Virus record (IMG/VR): IMGVR_UViG_3300043399_000297
Span: 124,001-188,000 of that record
Direction: 5' to 3' (one strand)
DNA length: 64,000 bases
Within the stretch, counting starts at the first letter, position 1. The number at the start of each line of letters is the position of its first letter. Both the position numbers and the translations under genes were made by a program. A model generated the notes under the pieces. The model was not told the origin of the DNA. It saw only the letters and a list, made by a program, of their open reading frames with translations, and searched no databases. This document shows positions 47,101-57,704 of this stretch, one piece after another.

Positions 47101-50100
47101 TTAGCTAAAGCTAATTATTTCCAAGGGGACGGCGGATTACTTTCTAATATCTCTGTAGCAGCCGGCTCATATATTCTCAATGGTACAAGTAACGTTACAG
47201 TTGATGCAAGTGGCAACGTAAGAACGAGCGTTGCAGGCAATGCTAATATATTCATCGTTACAGGCGCCGGCGCCAATGTTAACGGAACATTCACTGTAAC
47301 TGGAAACGCTAATGTTGGTAATCTAAACGGCGCCAATACTATTGCAGGTAATTATCTAACAGGAACATTAACTACTGCATCGCAACCTAATATCACTAGT
47401 GTAGGAAACTTGACTTCATTAACGATGGCAGGTATTGCTAATCTAGGTCCTAACGGTAATGTAATTATTACGGGTGGAACGAATGGCGCATTCTTAAAGA
47501 CGAATGGATCTGGATCATTATCTTGGGATACTGCAACATTAGTTCCTGCGCAAGGTTTGAATACACAAGTTATCTTCAACGACGGCGGATCAACTTATGC
47601 AGGTAATGCTAATCTAACGTTCAACAAGACTACCGGTAATTTAAGTGTAGGCGGTGGATTAACTGTAACAGGCACTTCTACATTTGGAAACGTGTATGCT
47701 AATTCAGGCACAATAGGTGCTTCGTTATTGACCGGTACATTAACTACAGCAGCACAACCTAATATCACGAGCATAGGAGCATTAAGTTCATTAATCGTTA
47801 ATGGTAATATTAATGCTAGTAGTTTAACATTAAGCAACTATGCTAATGCTAAGTTTTTAACAGCTACTGCTGGAACATTAACCGCTAGCACTCCTGCCAT
47901 AAGTGTAACCCAAACTTGGAATAATGCGAGTGTCGCATTTACGGCGATAACAGCGAATATAACTGACACCGCTAGTGCAGCGGGTTCTGAGTTAATTGAC
48001 TTGCAGGTAGCTGGTGTGACTGAATTCGCAGTAGACAAATCAGGAAACGGAACATTTGCCGGAACTCTTACTGTAACAGGAAATGCTAATGTTGGTAACT
48101 TAGGTACTGCTGGTCTTATTACTGCAAGTGGTAATATTACAGGCGGCAATTTAAATACATCAGGCAATGTTACTGCATCAAGATTAATTTCAAATGTTGC
48201 AACAGGCACTGCACCATTTGTTGTCACTTCTACTACGCAGGTAGCAAATCTCAGTGTTGCGACAGCAGGTTCTGCTACCACAGCAGGTTCTGCTACCACA
48301 GCAGGAACGGTAACAACTAATGCTCAACCTAATATTACTAGCGTTGGTACATTAACATCACTCGGAGTAAGTGGAAATATCACGGCTGCAAATATTACTG
48401 CAAACACAGGAATCTTTGCCGGAAATGGATTTGGACTAACTAATTTGACTGGTGCTAATGTAACCGGAACAGTTAGCAGTGCAACGAATGCTGCTGCATT
48501 ATTACAGAACACGAGTGCAGCAACTACCGTTTACCCAACATTCAGCACATCAAGTGCAAATGGAAACTCAAGTGCAGTTATCAATACAGGAATCACCGCT
48601 AACTTAGCAAATGCAAGTATAACTGCTACAACATTTGTAGGTGCTCTATCAGGTGCTGCTACAACAGCAGGAACTGTAACAACTGCTGCACAAGGCAATA
48701 TAACCTCAGTCGGAACTTTAACTTCACTTAATGTTAGTGGTAATATCACTGCTCCCAATATTACTGCTAACACCGGCATATTCGCAGGTAACGGATTTGG
48801 ACTTACAAATATTGCAGGCGGTAATGTTACTGGTCAGGTTGGTAACGCATTAGTTGCCGGCACAGTATATACGGCAGCACAACCCAATATTACAAGTGTC
48901 GGCACCTTGTCTAGCTTGAGCGTAACTGGAAACACGACTAGTGGTAATTTAATAGGTACATTAGCAAATGGTAATAGTAATATTGCTATCACTTCGAATG
49001 CGAACATCACATTCTATGTAGCAGGTAATGCTACAGCGAGAGCAGTGTTCACGACAACCGGTGCAAACATTAATGGTACTGCTAACATAACAGGAAATGC
49101 TAATGTCGGTAATTTGGGTGCTGCACAAGTATTTGCAACCGCAAATATTACAGCTCCGCAGATTATTTCAAATATTGCTACTGGTACTGCTCCATTCGTC
49201 GTAACTTCTACTACCCAAGTAGCAAACCTAAGCGTTGCTACCGCAGCTAGTGCAACTACTGCTGGTACAGTTACAACTAATAATCAGCCAAACATTACAG
49301 GTGTCGGTACATTAACTAACCTTTCTGTAGCTGGAAATATAACAGCCGGCAATGCAAATGTAACCGGACAGTTAATATCTACCCTAGCTACTGGCAATGC
49401 TCCTATTCTAGTAAGTTCTACCACTAAAGTGGCCAATCTCAATGCTGATTTATTAGATGGTTATGATACCGCTACTGCAAACACCGCGAACACGGTCGCA
49501 ATAAGAGATGCAAATGGCAACGTTTCTGCTAATTTCTTTGTCGGTAACGGTAGTCAACTAACAGGTATCATTACAAGCGTATCTAATGTAACAAACGGAA
49601 CGTCTAATCTCAATATTGCAACGTCCGGCGGTAATGTTACGGTTAGTGTTGCGGGTAATGCTAATGTAGTTACAGTAACTGGTACCGGTGTTAATGTCTC
49701 CGGCACGTTAAATACAACAGGTAATGTTTCGTTTACTGGTGCAAATGTAAGTGTAGGAAATGTCTCAAATCTTAAGATTACCGGCGGAACTGCAAATGCA
49801 TTGTTGCAGACTGATGGTACAGGTAATCTGAGTTGGACTACTCCAACTACTGCATATGTATATACTCAATCTGTTGCTGCTACAAGTTGGGTAATAACTC
49901 ACAACTTAGGTATTCAGTATGTTAATGTTCAACTCGTAGATGCAACAGGAAATAGTTGGACTGGTAGATATAACTATCCAACTATCACATTTAATAATAC
50001 AAGTGCATTAACTGTAACTTTCGATAGCGCACAAGCTGGATATGCCGCTGTAACTTCAGGCGGGGGATCACAGGGTCCTCAGGGCCTTCCGGGAGCATCA

Positions 50101-51498
50101 GGCGGCGGATCAATATCAAATGGATTATCAAATGTAACCATTGCTACCTCCGGCGGTAACGTTACTACATCAGTCGGCGGCGTTGCAAATATAATTGTTG
50201 CTACAACGACAGGGGTTAATGTCTCTGGAACATTGAACGCAACTGGAAATGCTAACTTCGGTAATGTGGGTGCTACAATAGGATCATTCACTAATGTAAG
50301 TGGAAACGGTTCTACTTTATCTTCTATTACCGGCGGAAATGTCACTGGACAGGTAGGAAACGCATTAGTTGCAGGAACCGTTTATGCTGCTTCTCAGGGC
50401 AATATAACCTCAGTCGGCACATTAACTTCACTCGGTGTGAGTGGAAATATCACTGCTCCTAATATTACTGCAAACACAGGAATCTTTGCAGGTAATGGCT
50501 CCGGTCTTACAAGTATTACAGGTGGTAATGTAATTGGTGCAGTTGCCAACGCCACTTACGCCACGAGTGCAGGCTTAGCAACTAGTGCAACAACGGCCGG
50601 AACTGTAACAACTGCTTCTCAGGGCAATATAACCTCAGTCGGCACATTAACTTCACTTGGCGTGAGTGGCAATATCACTGCTCCTAATATTACTGCTAAT
50701 ACCGGCATCTTTGCAGGTAATGGCTCCGGACTTACAAGTATTACAGGTGGTAATGTAACAGGTTGGGTAGCAAATGCTAACGTGGCAAACTACACAGTTG
50801 CTGCTGCCACATCTACTGGTACATATTATCTCTCACTTTCATCTGCTACATCAGGTAACATTGCCTTAGCAGCTAATACTAATATTAACGTAGCGGTTGC
50901 AACCGGTGCTCTTAATGCTGCTTTACTAGGCGGTGTTCTTACTACAGCATCACAGCCAAACATCACTAGTGTTGGTACGTTAACAAGTCTCTCAGTAACT
51001 GGTAATATAACTACTGGTAATTTAATTGGTACATTAACAAACGGAAATAGTAATATATCTATACCTTCTGCTAATGGAAATATTAATATTAGTTCTGGTG
51101 GTAATGCTAATATATTAATTGTAACTGGCACGAGTGTAAATGTAACAGGAACATTGAATGCTACCGGTGCAATAATTTCCGGAACTGCCAATGTTACGAG
51201 TAACGCAAATATTACACCCACTACTTCAGTCAATCAATATAATGTGACTGCGTTAGCTGTGGCAGCAAATATCCTTGCACCAACTGGTACTGCGTTCGAT
51301 GGACAAAAACTATTAATACGACTTAAAGACAATGGGGTGGGTAGAGCATTGACTTGGACTACAACATCAGGTGGTTATAGAGTCATAGGAACAACATTGC
51401 CAACTACAACCACAGCTTCTAAAACTACATATGTAGGATGTGTGTATAATTCCGCAGATACTTTCTGGGATGTAGTAGCTGTGACAACACAGGCTTAA
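44128..51498 (+). CDS. long tail fibre / adhesin-like virion protein (2456 aa)
   Basis: N-terminal G..PND..AD.IRTAFQKV.ENF.EL anchor; many QPNITSVG.L and GNANVGNLG repeats. Confidence 0.85.
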   Translation: MSQRNIDFGSFPNDPGADAIRTAFQKVQENFSELFAGQEQQAVLSVNKTPGAGITVNAPTGNVVVSAKIACVQIQTSTLGLGTGAGPNTANVAIITQGTTPFIIDIPETVNNVANINLSNTLVTNNVVANANISANNISVTSNISSGNISATNLALSANANVSNVNAANGTFTANVSAVNYSGTTLATTGNITTSAGFLVAPNASISGNITSGNANLGNLAKANYFQGDGSLLTNVTSAANSQIVLGTSNVKIPTSGGNVNTSVGGVANVLVVTTTGANITGTLNATGNSNVGNLGTSGLITATGNITGGNLIGTLANGNSNVSIPAAAGNVNISVNGTANVLVTTSTGINVAGTLNATGNSNVGNLGTSGLITATGNVTGGNINTSAKVVASTLTSNVATGTAPLTVTSTTRVANLNVAYANVSDFGAVTAQTTGTYYPVFVSGSSSANYALGANSVFSANLANGALIATTFVGALSGAATSATTAGTVTTAAQPNITSVGNLTSLIVIGNITGGNLIGPHANGTSNVNIPTASGNVNVSVGATPNVLVITSTGINVAGTLNATGNANVGNIGATNANVTAITATGNANVGNIGATNANVTAITATGNANVGNIGATNANITAITVSANANVGNLGTTGLITATGNITGGNLLGTHANGTSNVNIPTANSNINLSVNGSANVLVVTSTGVNVAGTFNSSGNANVGNLGTTGLITATGNITATGNVSGGNLLTSAAVIASTLTSNVATGTAPLTVTSTTRVSNLNVNYANVSDFNVVTAQSTGTYYPTFINGSSTANYALAANSAFSANLANGALTATTFVGSLSGAATSATTAGTVTNAAQGNITSVGTLTSLNVSGNITAPNITANTGIFAGNGSGLTNLTGANVTGTVTSATNAAAVLQNTSSATTVYPTFSTSSANGNSSAVINTGITANLANASITATTFVGALSGAATTAGTVTTASQPNITSVGNLSSLTVTSNITSGNANLGNLAKANYFQGDGGLLSNISVAAGSYILNGTSNVTVDASGNVRTSVAGNANIFIVTGAGANVNGTFTVTGNANVGNLNGANTIAGNYLTGTLTTASQPNITSVGNLTSLTMAGIANLGPNGNVIITGGTNGAFLKTNGSGSLSWDTATLVPAQGLNTQVIFNDGGSTYAGNANLTFNKTTGNLSVGGGLTVTGTSTFGNVYANSGTIGASLLTGTLTTAAQPNITSIGALSSLIVNGNINASSLTLSNYANAKFLTATAGTLTASTPAISVTQTWNNASVAFTAITANITDTASAAGSELIDLQVAGVTEFAVDKSGNGTFAGTLTVTGNANVGNLGTAGLITASGNITGGNLNTSGNVTASRLISNVATGTAPFVVTSTTQVANLSVATAGSATTAGSATTAGTVTTNAQPNITSVGTLTSLGVSGNITAANITANTGIFAGNGFGLTNLTGANVTGTVSSATNAAALLQNTSAATTVYPTFSTSSANGNSSAVINTGITANLANASITATTFVGALSGAATTAGTVTTAAQGNITSVGTLTSLNVSGNITAPNITANTGIFAGNGFGLTNIAGGNVTGQVGNALVAGTVYTAAQPNITSVGTLSSLSVTGNTTSGNLIGTLANGNSNIAITSNANITFYVAGNATARAVFTTTGANINGTANITGNANVGNLGAAQVFATANITAPQIISNIATGTAPFVVTSTTQVANLSVATAASATTAGTVTTNNQPNITGVGTLTNLSVAGNITAGNANVTGQLISTLATGNAPILVSSTTKVANLNADLLDGYDTATANTANTVAIRDANGNVSANFFVGNGSQLTGIITSVSNVTNGTSNLNIATSGGNVTVSVAGNANVVTVTGTGVNVSGTLNTTGNVSFTGANVSVGNVSNLKITGGTANALLQTDGTGNLSWTTPTTAYVYTQSVAATSWVITHNLGIQYVNVQLVDATGNSWTGRYNYPTITFNNTSALTVTFDSAQAGYAAVTSGGGSQGPQGLPGASGGGSISNGLSNVTIATSGGNVTTSVGGVANIIVATTTGVNVSGTLNATGNANFGNVGATIGSFTNVSGNGSTLSSITGGNVTGQVGNALVAGTVYAASQGNITSVGTLTSLGVSGNITAPNITANTGIFAGNGSGLTSITGGNVIGAVANATYATSAGLATSATTAGTVTTASQGNITSVGTLTSLGVSGNITAPNITANTGIFAGNGSGLTSITGGNVTGWVANANVANYTVAAATSTGTYYLSLSSATSGNIALAANTNINVAVATGALNAALLGGVLTTASQPNITSVGTLTSLSVTGNITTGNLIGTLTNGNSNISIPSANGNINISSGGNANILIVTGTSVNVTGTLNATGAIISGTANVTSNANITPTTSVNQYNVTALAVAANILAPTGTAFDGQKLLIRLKDNGVGRALTWTTTSGGYRVIGTTLPTTTTASKTTYVGCVYNSADTFWDVVAVTTQA
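45818..46005 (+). repeat. three tandem 63-bp repeats (ATGNANVGNIGATNAN(V/I)TAIT)
   Basis: Near-identical DNA units with period 63. Confidence 0.85.
46846..47009 (+). repeat. ~164-bp direct repeat, second copy at 48520-48683
   Basis: Identical by eye; offset 1674 bp (in frame). Confidence 0.85.
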
Positions 51499-51507
51499 GG
51501 ACAAAAG

Positions 51508-52491
51508 ATGGCAACTAAAACTGTTCTAGTCACTTCCGGTACTACTTGGACACTTCCTAGCGATCTTGACACGTCAGTCAACGTCACTGTCGTTTGTATT
51601 GGTGGTGGTGGTGGTGGCGCTAGAAGTGGCGGCAGTGCTGGGGGTGGTGGGGGCGGTGGGGGCGCTTGGTCAAAAGTATCGCTTTCTATGGCCGGCCTTG
51701 CTCCTGGAAGTTCATCAGTTTTTATTAATATTGGCAGTGCTGGTTCTGGTGGTATTTCTGGATCAGCTAGTGGTGGTAGTGGTGGCGATACTTGGCTGAA
51801 TAAAACAGCTAATATTGCTCCTACTACTTCTAGTGATGGCGCTTTAGCCAAAGGCGGCGGGGGCGGGTTTTCCGGCGGAAACGGTAATAGCGGTGGTTCA
51901 GCAGCAACTGGAGTTGGAGATACAAAAAATTCTGGTGGCGCCGGAGGCGCTGGTTTCTGGGGTGGCGGTGGTGGTGGCGCCGCCGGAAACGAAACTGGCA
52001 ATGGCGGAACTGGTGGTACTTCTGCAACTGGTGGTGTTCGAGGTGGCGGCGGAGGCGGCGGTACAGGAAGCGCAGGTACTACTACGTCTAGCGGCAATGG
52101 TGGTAATGGCGGATTAACATATCTAGGTGCAGCTGGAGGTACTGGTGGTTCATCTGGCACTCCTGCAGGGGGAGTAGGTTCAAATGGCGGCGGCGGTGGT
52201 GGCGGCTACTCTGTTACTAGTGGTACTGGAGGCAGCGGCGGCGCTGGAGGTAATGGTACTGAATATACCATCACCGCAGGAGGCACTGCAGGGTCAGGTG
52301 GTGGCGGCGGCGGCGGGGGTTATGGCACTACTGCTAATTATATAGGCGGGTCTGCTGGTAATTATGGCGGCGGCGGTGGCGGCGGCGGATATAGTACTGG
52401 TAATGGCGGAAATGGCGCGCAAGGTGCATTGATCATAACTTACACTGTTGCTGTACCTAGCACAGGCAATATGCTTATGATGTTCTTTTAA
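51508..52491 (+). CDS. glycine-rich virion (fibre-associated) protein
   Basis: TSGTTWTLP...V.VVCIGGGGGG...GAQGALIITY architecture. Confidence 0.75.
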   Translation: MATKTVLVTSGTTWTLPSDLDTSVNVTVVCIGGGGGGARSGGSAGGGGGGGGAWSKVSLSMAGLAPGSSSVFINIGSAGSGGISGSASGGSGGDTWLNKTANIAPTTSSDGALAKGGGGGFSGGNGNSGGSAATGVGDTKNSGGAGGAGFWGGGGGGAAGNETGNGGTGGTSATGGVRGGGGGGGTGSAGTTTSSGNGGNGGLTYLGAAGGTGGSSGTPAGGVGSNGGGGGGGYSVTSGTGGSGGAGGNGTEYTITAGGTAGSGGGGGGGGYGTTANYIGGSAGNYGGGGGGGGYSTGNGGNGAQGALIITYTVAVPSTGNMLMMFF

Positions 52492-52527
52492 CTAAACAAT
52501 AAATACTTATATATAGGAGAATATAAA

Positions 52528-52701
52528 ATGGCAAAACCAAAATCAAGTGGCGGTTCTAACAAAGGAAATAAAGTATCTTTTTCAGATCAAGTAAAGGGAA
52601 AGACTACGATTGGTCTTAGTAGAAACAGTATTAAGTTTGGTACTATGAATAAAAACAAGCGTAGAAGCTATAAGGCATATCGAGGTCAAGGGAGGCCATA
52701 A
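52528..52701 (+). CDS. small basic protein (57 aa, ends KRRSYKAYRGQGRP), absent from the ORF track
   Basis: Late box at ~52500, AGGAGA SD, TAATG coupling to the endolysin. Confidence 0.75.
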   Translation: MAKPKSSGGSNKGNKVSFSDQVKGKTTIGLSRNSIKFGTMNKNKRRSYKAYRGQGRP

Positions 52702-53324
52702 TGACTCAAGTAACACTAGACTTGTTGAAACAATTATGTCCATCAACTAAAGCAGCGACTCTTGCAAAATATGTTGAGCCGTTGAACACAGTTGGTAGTC
52801 ACTATGATCTTTTTGCTAATCCAAAAAGAATGGCTGCGTTTCTTGCTCAAGTAGCACACGAGTCTGGTGGTTTCAACTTCACCAAAGAAGGATTGAATTA
52901 TTCTGCACAAGCACTAAACAGAACATTCAAGAAGTATTTTCCCACAGTTGCAAGTGCGCAACCATATGCTCGCAATCCGCAAAAGATTGCAAATAAAGTG
53001 TATGCGAATCGTATGGGCAATGGTCCAGAAAGTTCAGGCGACGGATATAAGTTCTGCGGTCGTGGATTAATTCAATTAACCGGCCGCAATAATTATACAC
53101 GCTTTGCAACTGCAATTGGTAAAACACTTGATGAAGCTATTCAATATCTTGAGACTCCTGAAGGTGCAGTAGCAAGTGCGGCTTGGTTCTGGGATGTGAA
53201 CAAGTTAAACATTTATGCTGACAAGGGTGACTTTGTTGGATTAACTCGTAGAATAAATGGCGGCACTAATGGTCTTGCTGATAGACAGCATCATTATGCA
53301 ATTGCGTTAAAGGCGTTAACCTAA
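52701..53324 (+). CDS. glycoside hydrolase family 19 endolysin
   Basis: AAFLAQVAHESGGF, GDGYKFCGRGLIQLTGRNNY, SAAWFW, INGGTNGL.DR. Confidence 0.93.
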   Translation: MTQVTLDLLKQLCPSTKAATLAKYVEPLNTVGSHYDLFANPKRMAAFLAQVAHESGGFNFTKEGLNYSAQALNRTFKKYFPTVASAQPYARNPQKIANKVYANRMGNGPESSGDGYKFCGRGLIQLTGRNNYTRFATAIGKTLDEAIQYLETPEGAVASAAWFWDVNKLNIYADKGDFVGLTRRINGGTNGLADRQHHYAIALKALT

Positions 53325-53332
53325 GGATTATT

Positions 53333-56155
53333 ATGGCTCAACCAGTTTGGATTACTAGTGCAGGACAAATAGGTTCATTCCCTTCTGGATCTAAAATTAT
53401 ACCTGTGTTCCTCGAGGCTGAGCCGGTAGCGCCTGCAACTTCATTAACGTTTGCGATCATAAGTGGTAATTTACCAGATGGATTACAAATTACTGACAAC
53501 GGGATTATATATGGAATCAGCAATCCCGTTTTTGAAAACACAATAAGTACATTTGTAGTGCGAATTACCGATAATTTAGGAAATATTAACGATAGGACAT
53601 TTTCTATATTAATGTCTGGTATAGATGCCCCTGAATTCACTACCCCGGCTGGGAATATTCTTACTACGATTGATAGTATATGGACTGAATTGCAAATCGA
53701 ATATACTAATCCAATACCCAATACTGATATCTTAATTAGACTCATACAAGGTAAATTGCCTCCGGGGCTTGAAATTAATCAGTATGGGCTTATTAGGGGA
53801 TACCCAGAACCTCCTATCTATCTAACAAACGCCGGATTGATTAATACTTCTGCAACGGAAACTAAAGACAACACTATTATTTGTTATAATACATCTGGCT
53901 TTTTTGCAGGTAGACCAATTAACTTCACTGGAGACACGTTTGGTGGTATTGTAGCTAATTTCACGTATTATGTTAAATCAGTAATTAACAGTACAACATT
54001 CACTATTTCAACGTCAGTAGATGGTCCTACATTTGGATTAGAAAACGATACAGGATATATGAACATAACTTTACCTGATTATCAGGTAGGAACTCCAACT
54101 AAAAAAACTTATAGCTTTACTCTTAAACTACAAAGTGCATATGGTTCAAGTATACGTGCATATAGAATGGTTATTATAAATCAAAACTTACCAATTCCTG
54201 AGGGCGGACCCGGTAGGCCAATACATTCTCGCATACCTACAGCACTCAATACCAGACCATTAAGCTATAACATATATGAAAATGACATTAATTATAATTA
54301 TTATTCTTTTCCTCCTAACAGTAAGGGAACAACCTATCCGCCAAACACCCCTGCTTATATAGGAAAATATAGTAGCGATAATCTGTTTTCATTTAGGATA
54401 TTAGGATATGATTTTGACGAAGATGATGTTGAATATGTATTCACTGATTTACCAAATGGATTGACCGGCGATACTTCTTCAGGGTGGATTACCGGATATC
54501 CTATTATTGCAGATAATAGTATAGGAAAATTTGAGTTTAATGCGGCAGTAAGAAAAAGAGTTTATCCATCTGTTCAGTCTCCTTTCTATAGTTTTTCATT
54601 TTACTTAAGAGACAACGTAGGTGGTGATATAATTTGGCTTTCTAATAACAACCTAGGAACAATTTTTAACGATACTACTAGTGTTTTCAAAATACAAGCG
54701 GTTTGCGATCTTGATCTTCAATATACTATTGACTCGGGTTCGTTGCCACCTAATTTAGTTCTTCAAGAGAACGGTGAAATAACCGGCGTTGTGGCATTTC
54801 AGCCCACAACTGATTTATTGGAACAAGGAGATTCAACAACTTTTACTTTTACGGTAAAAGCGTATTCACCGAATTATCCAGTTGTCAATAGTACCAAAGA
54901 GTTTACAATTACAGTATTTCAGAAGTTTAGTCAACCGATGGATACATTATATATTAAATGCACTCCTAGTGTTGAAGACCGAGACTTATTAGCGTCATTG
55001 TTAAACAATACTGAGTTGATTCCGAATGAATTCATTTATAGACCGGACGATAGTAATTTTGGCAAGGCAAGTTCAATTATATATGAACACGCATATGGAA
55101 TAAATGCCAGTAATTTTGACGAATATGTTGCAGCAGTTACTAAAAATCACTATTGGAGAAACATAACTTTAGGTGAATTGAGAACAGCAATAGCGCGTGA
55201 TGAGAACACCGGCGAAATAATATATGAAGTGTTATACAGTGTAGTGTATGATAATCTAGTAAACTATAATAAAGATATTGAGTTTAATGTTTTCGATCAA
55301 ACATTGATTATTAATCCAAACGGTGTTAGTATTTCAAAGCAGATTGATTGGCCAAGACCTATCCCATTATATTTGGGTCAGTGGTATACTAGCGAGACTA
55401 ATTTATATACTAGCTATATAATGAATCCAAATGGGCAAGATTATTATACAAGTTTAACCCCGGGCTTTGCACAAACATTATATCCGAATAGTCTTCCTAA
55501 TATGCGTCAACAAGTTATTGATGAGTTGGGGCAGGAACAAAATACTTACGTATTGCCATTATGGATGACAAGTCAGCAACTAAATGGATCTAGCTTAGGA
55601 TTCACGCCGGCTTGGGTAATATGCTATACAAAACCAAGACGATCCTACACAACACAAGCTACACAAACTAAGAGTATCGATAATATCATTACAGTGGATA
55701 GCACTGAGGGCTTTATAGTAAACAAGCCATTAATATTTACTGGTAAAACATATGGTAACATTGTTAACAATCAAACTTATTATATTAAACAAATAGTTTC
55801 TGAAACTGAAATTATTATTAGCGAGACAATAGAGGGACAGGCATACACATTAGTTGATTCAACTGGTAGTATGGATGTAACATTCTTAGAAGTTGCGTAT
55901 AGTGAAATCATCAAAGAAAATATTGAAAATAATTGGACAACTCCTGCTGGAACGCCCTTCGTTCTAAATAAGATTAACTTCAAGATTGATAGATTCACAG
56001 TAGACAAAAGCACAAGCTATGATTATGATAATAATCTTAATCCTCCCGCCTGGATAGGCTTGCCTAGTGCTACTCCTGTACCCGATCCTAAGGATTCTAA
56101 GAACTTTTATGTTTGGTTCCCTAGGCAAACTATTTTATCCGATAAAACACAGTAA
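53333..56155 (+). CDS. virion/baseplate protein with putative Ig-like repeats
   Basis: Repeated G.LP.GL.I...G.I.G motifs. Confidence 0.7.
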   Translation: MAQPVWITSAGQIGSFPSGSKIIPVFLEAEPVAPATSLTFAIISGNLPDGLQITDNGIIYGISNPVFENTISTFVVRITDNLGNINDRTFSILMSGIDAPEFTTPAGNILTTIDSIWTELQIEYTNPIPNTDILIRLIQGKLPPGLEINQYGLIRGYPEPPIYLTNAGLINTSATETKDNTIICYNTSGFFAGRPINFTGDTFGGIVANFTYYVKSVINSTTFTISTSVDGPTFGLENDTGYMNITLPDYQVGTPTKKTYSFTLKLQSAYGSSIRAYRMVIINQNLPIPEGGPGRPIHSRIPTALNTRPLSYNIYENDINYNYYSFPPNSKGTTYPPNTPAYIGKYSSDNLFSFRILGYDFDEDDVEYVFTDLPNGLTGDTSSGWITGYPIIADNSIGKFEFNAAVRKRVYPSVQSPFYSFSFYLRDNVGGDIIWLSNNNLGTIFNDTTSVFKIQAVCDLDLQYTIDSGSLPPNLVLQENGEITGVVAFQPTTDLLEQGDSTTFTFTVKAYSPNYPVVNSTKEFTITVFQKFSQPMDTLYIKCTPSVEDRDLLASLLNNTELIPNEFIYRPDDSNFGKASSIIYEHAYGINASNFDEYVAAVTKNHYWRNITLGELRTAIARDENTGEIIYEVLYSVVYDNLVNYNKDIEFNVFDQTLIINPNGVSISKQIDWPRPIPLYLGQWYTSETNLYTSYIMNPNGQDYYTSLTPGFAQTLYPNSLPNMRQQVIDELGQEQNTYVLPLWMTSQQLNGSSLGFTPAWVICYTKPRRSYTTQATQTKSIDNIITVDSTEGFIVNKPLIFTGKTYGNIVNNQTYYIKQIVSETEIIISETIEGQAYTLVDSTGSMDVTFLEVAYSEIIKENIENNWTTPAGTPFVLNKINFKIDRFTVDKSTSYDYDNNLNPPAWIGLPSATPVPDPKDSKNFYVWFPRQTILSDKTQ

Positions 56156-56179
56156 TAAATACATTATGGAATTATTAAT

Positions 56180-57460
56180 ATGAGTCAGATTAACACTAAC
56201 GGCATCAACGTAAATTATCCAATACCCGGGAAAAACAATAGTTCTCAGGGGTTCCGTGATAACTTTACTCAAATAAAAACCAACTTGAATACTGCCAGTG
56301 CGGAAATCACTGACCTGCAAAACAAAGTTGTATTGAAAGCTGCACTAGATAATTCGACATTAAACAATGATATGGCTAATACATTGATTAGCAATTTATC
56401 GACTAGAGGATTTAGAGCTACTACATATAATTTAGGAAACGCTCTTTCAGGTACAGTGTTAGTCGATGTTAACAAAGCAGATGTGCATTATGGTACTGTC
56501 ACTCAGGATGTTTTGTTACAATTTGGCAGTTGGGCTCCTACTAACACAGAAAGTAATGTTGTTGTAAGACTTACTATAGCTAATACTGATGCTACTGTGT
56601 CGTTGCCCAGTCAATGTGTAAGTAGTAACAATAACTTTGGTGTAACTTTACTTGAGAATTATGCTAATGTTGCAAACACTGCAACATTGACTGCGCCCGC
56701 AAATACTCAAATACTTGAATACACATTCAGCACTATTGATTGTGGTAATACTATTACAGTATCACCTATTAATAGACCATTCCAATCAACACAGATAGTA
56801 AATAGAAATCCTCCCCCGACTGGGATTCCAGGCGACGTAACAGGTACTGTTAGTGTAGGGACCTCACAATCTCAACTATCAATTACAAATACTTATGCAA
56901 ATGATGAGATATTAACGTCAAGCACTAGCAGTATGTATATTGATATGCCCGTAACATTTACCGGCGAACTACTAGGCGGTATCACAGAAGATACTACTTA
57001 CTATATCAATAATATTGTAAATGGAAACACTTTTACTATCTCATCAACTGCGGGAGGCGGAAACGTAAATCTTTCTGCTGACAGTGGTAATATGTATTTA
57101 AACCCTGTCAGCTATATGTATGTATGCACTAACAATTTTTCAGCAAACATCGAAGAAAAAGATGTAATTAACACTTATTCAACCGGCAACATCATCAAAC
57201 TGAGCAGCACAGTTGATCTAACTGAAAACTCTCCGATCATCTTTACTGGAAATACTGATAGTGGAAATACTAATATTCTTGAGAATGAAGTTTATTATAT
57301 CAAGACTATTAGTTCACCCAACATTACTATAAGTCAAAGTCGCTTTAATGGTATTGCAGGAACTGAATACGCAGTTGGTAATAAAACAAATGTAGACGCT
57401 GTAGCAACTGTATACGTTGGTCCTGACATTTGGAAAAGAATACAACTGAATAACTGGTAA
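56180..57460 (+). CDS. virion structural / short fibre protein
   Basis: N-terminal YP.PG.NN.SQGFRDNF..IK..L..A..EITDLQ anchor; late box. Confidence 0.7.
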   Translation: MSQINTNGINVNYPIPGKNNSSQGFRDNFTQIKTNLNTASAEITDLQNKVVLKAALDNSTLNNDMANTLISNLSTRGFRATTYNLGNALSGTVLVDVNKADVHYGTVTQDVLLQFGSWAPTNTESNVVVRLTIANTDATVSLPSQCVSSNNNFGVTLLENYANVANTATLTAPANTQILEYTFSTIDCGNTITVSPINRPFQSTQIVNRNPPPTGIPGDVTGTVSVGTSQSQLSITNTYANDEILTSSTSSMYIDMPVTFTGELLGGITEDTTYYINNIVNGNTFTISSTAGGGNVNLSADSGNMYLNPVSYMYVCTNNFSANIEEKDVINTYSTGNIIKLSSTVDLTENSPIIFTGNTDSGNTNILENEVYYIKTISSPNITISQSRFNGIAGTEYAVGNKTNVDAVATVYVGPDIWKRIQLNNW

Positions 57461-57461
57461 T

Positions 57462-57704
57462 ATGGAACATCCATTCATTGATAAATCTACGCTTGCTGAC
57501 AAGTCACTAGAAGAATTGCAAGATACCATATCTGGATTAATGAACAAATTGACTTTTGCATATCGAACTGGTAATGGTCCATTAATTCATCAATTACAGA
57601 TGGTGATTGAAAGCTATAGAGGTCAATATTCTAAAAAGATGGATGAGATGTTCGCTAAGCAAAAACTAAACAATCAAATCAACATTCAGTCGGATAAATT
57701 ATGA
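57462..57704 (+). CDS. hypothetical protein
   Basis: Helical ORF in operon. Confidence 0.65.
   Translation: MEHPFIDKSTLADKSLEELQDTISGLMNKLTFAYRTGNGPLIHQLQMVIESYRGQYSKKMDEMFAKQKLNNQINIQSDKL

Noticed and set aside
44415-52160. Many minus-strand ORFs opposite the fibre and glycine-rich genes
   Set aside because: These are shadows of repetitive Asn/Thr/Gly codons; they have no SD or promoter and give low-complexity Val/Leu/Pro products.
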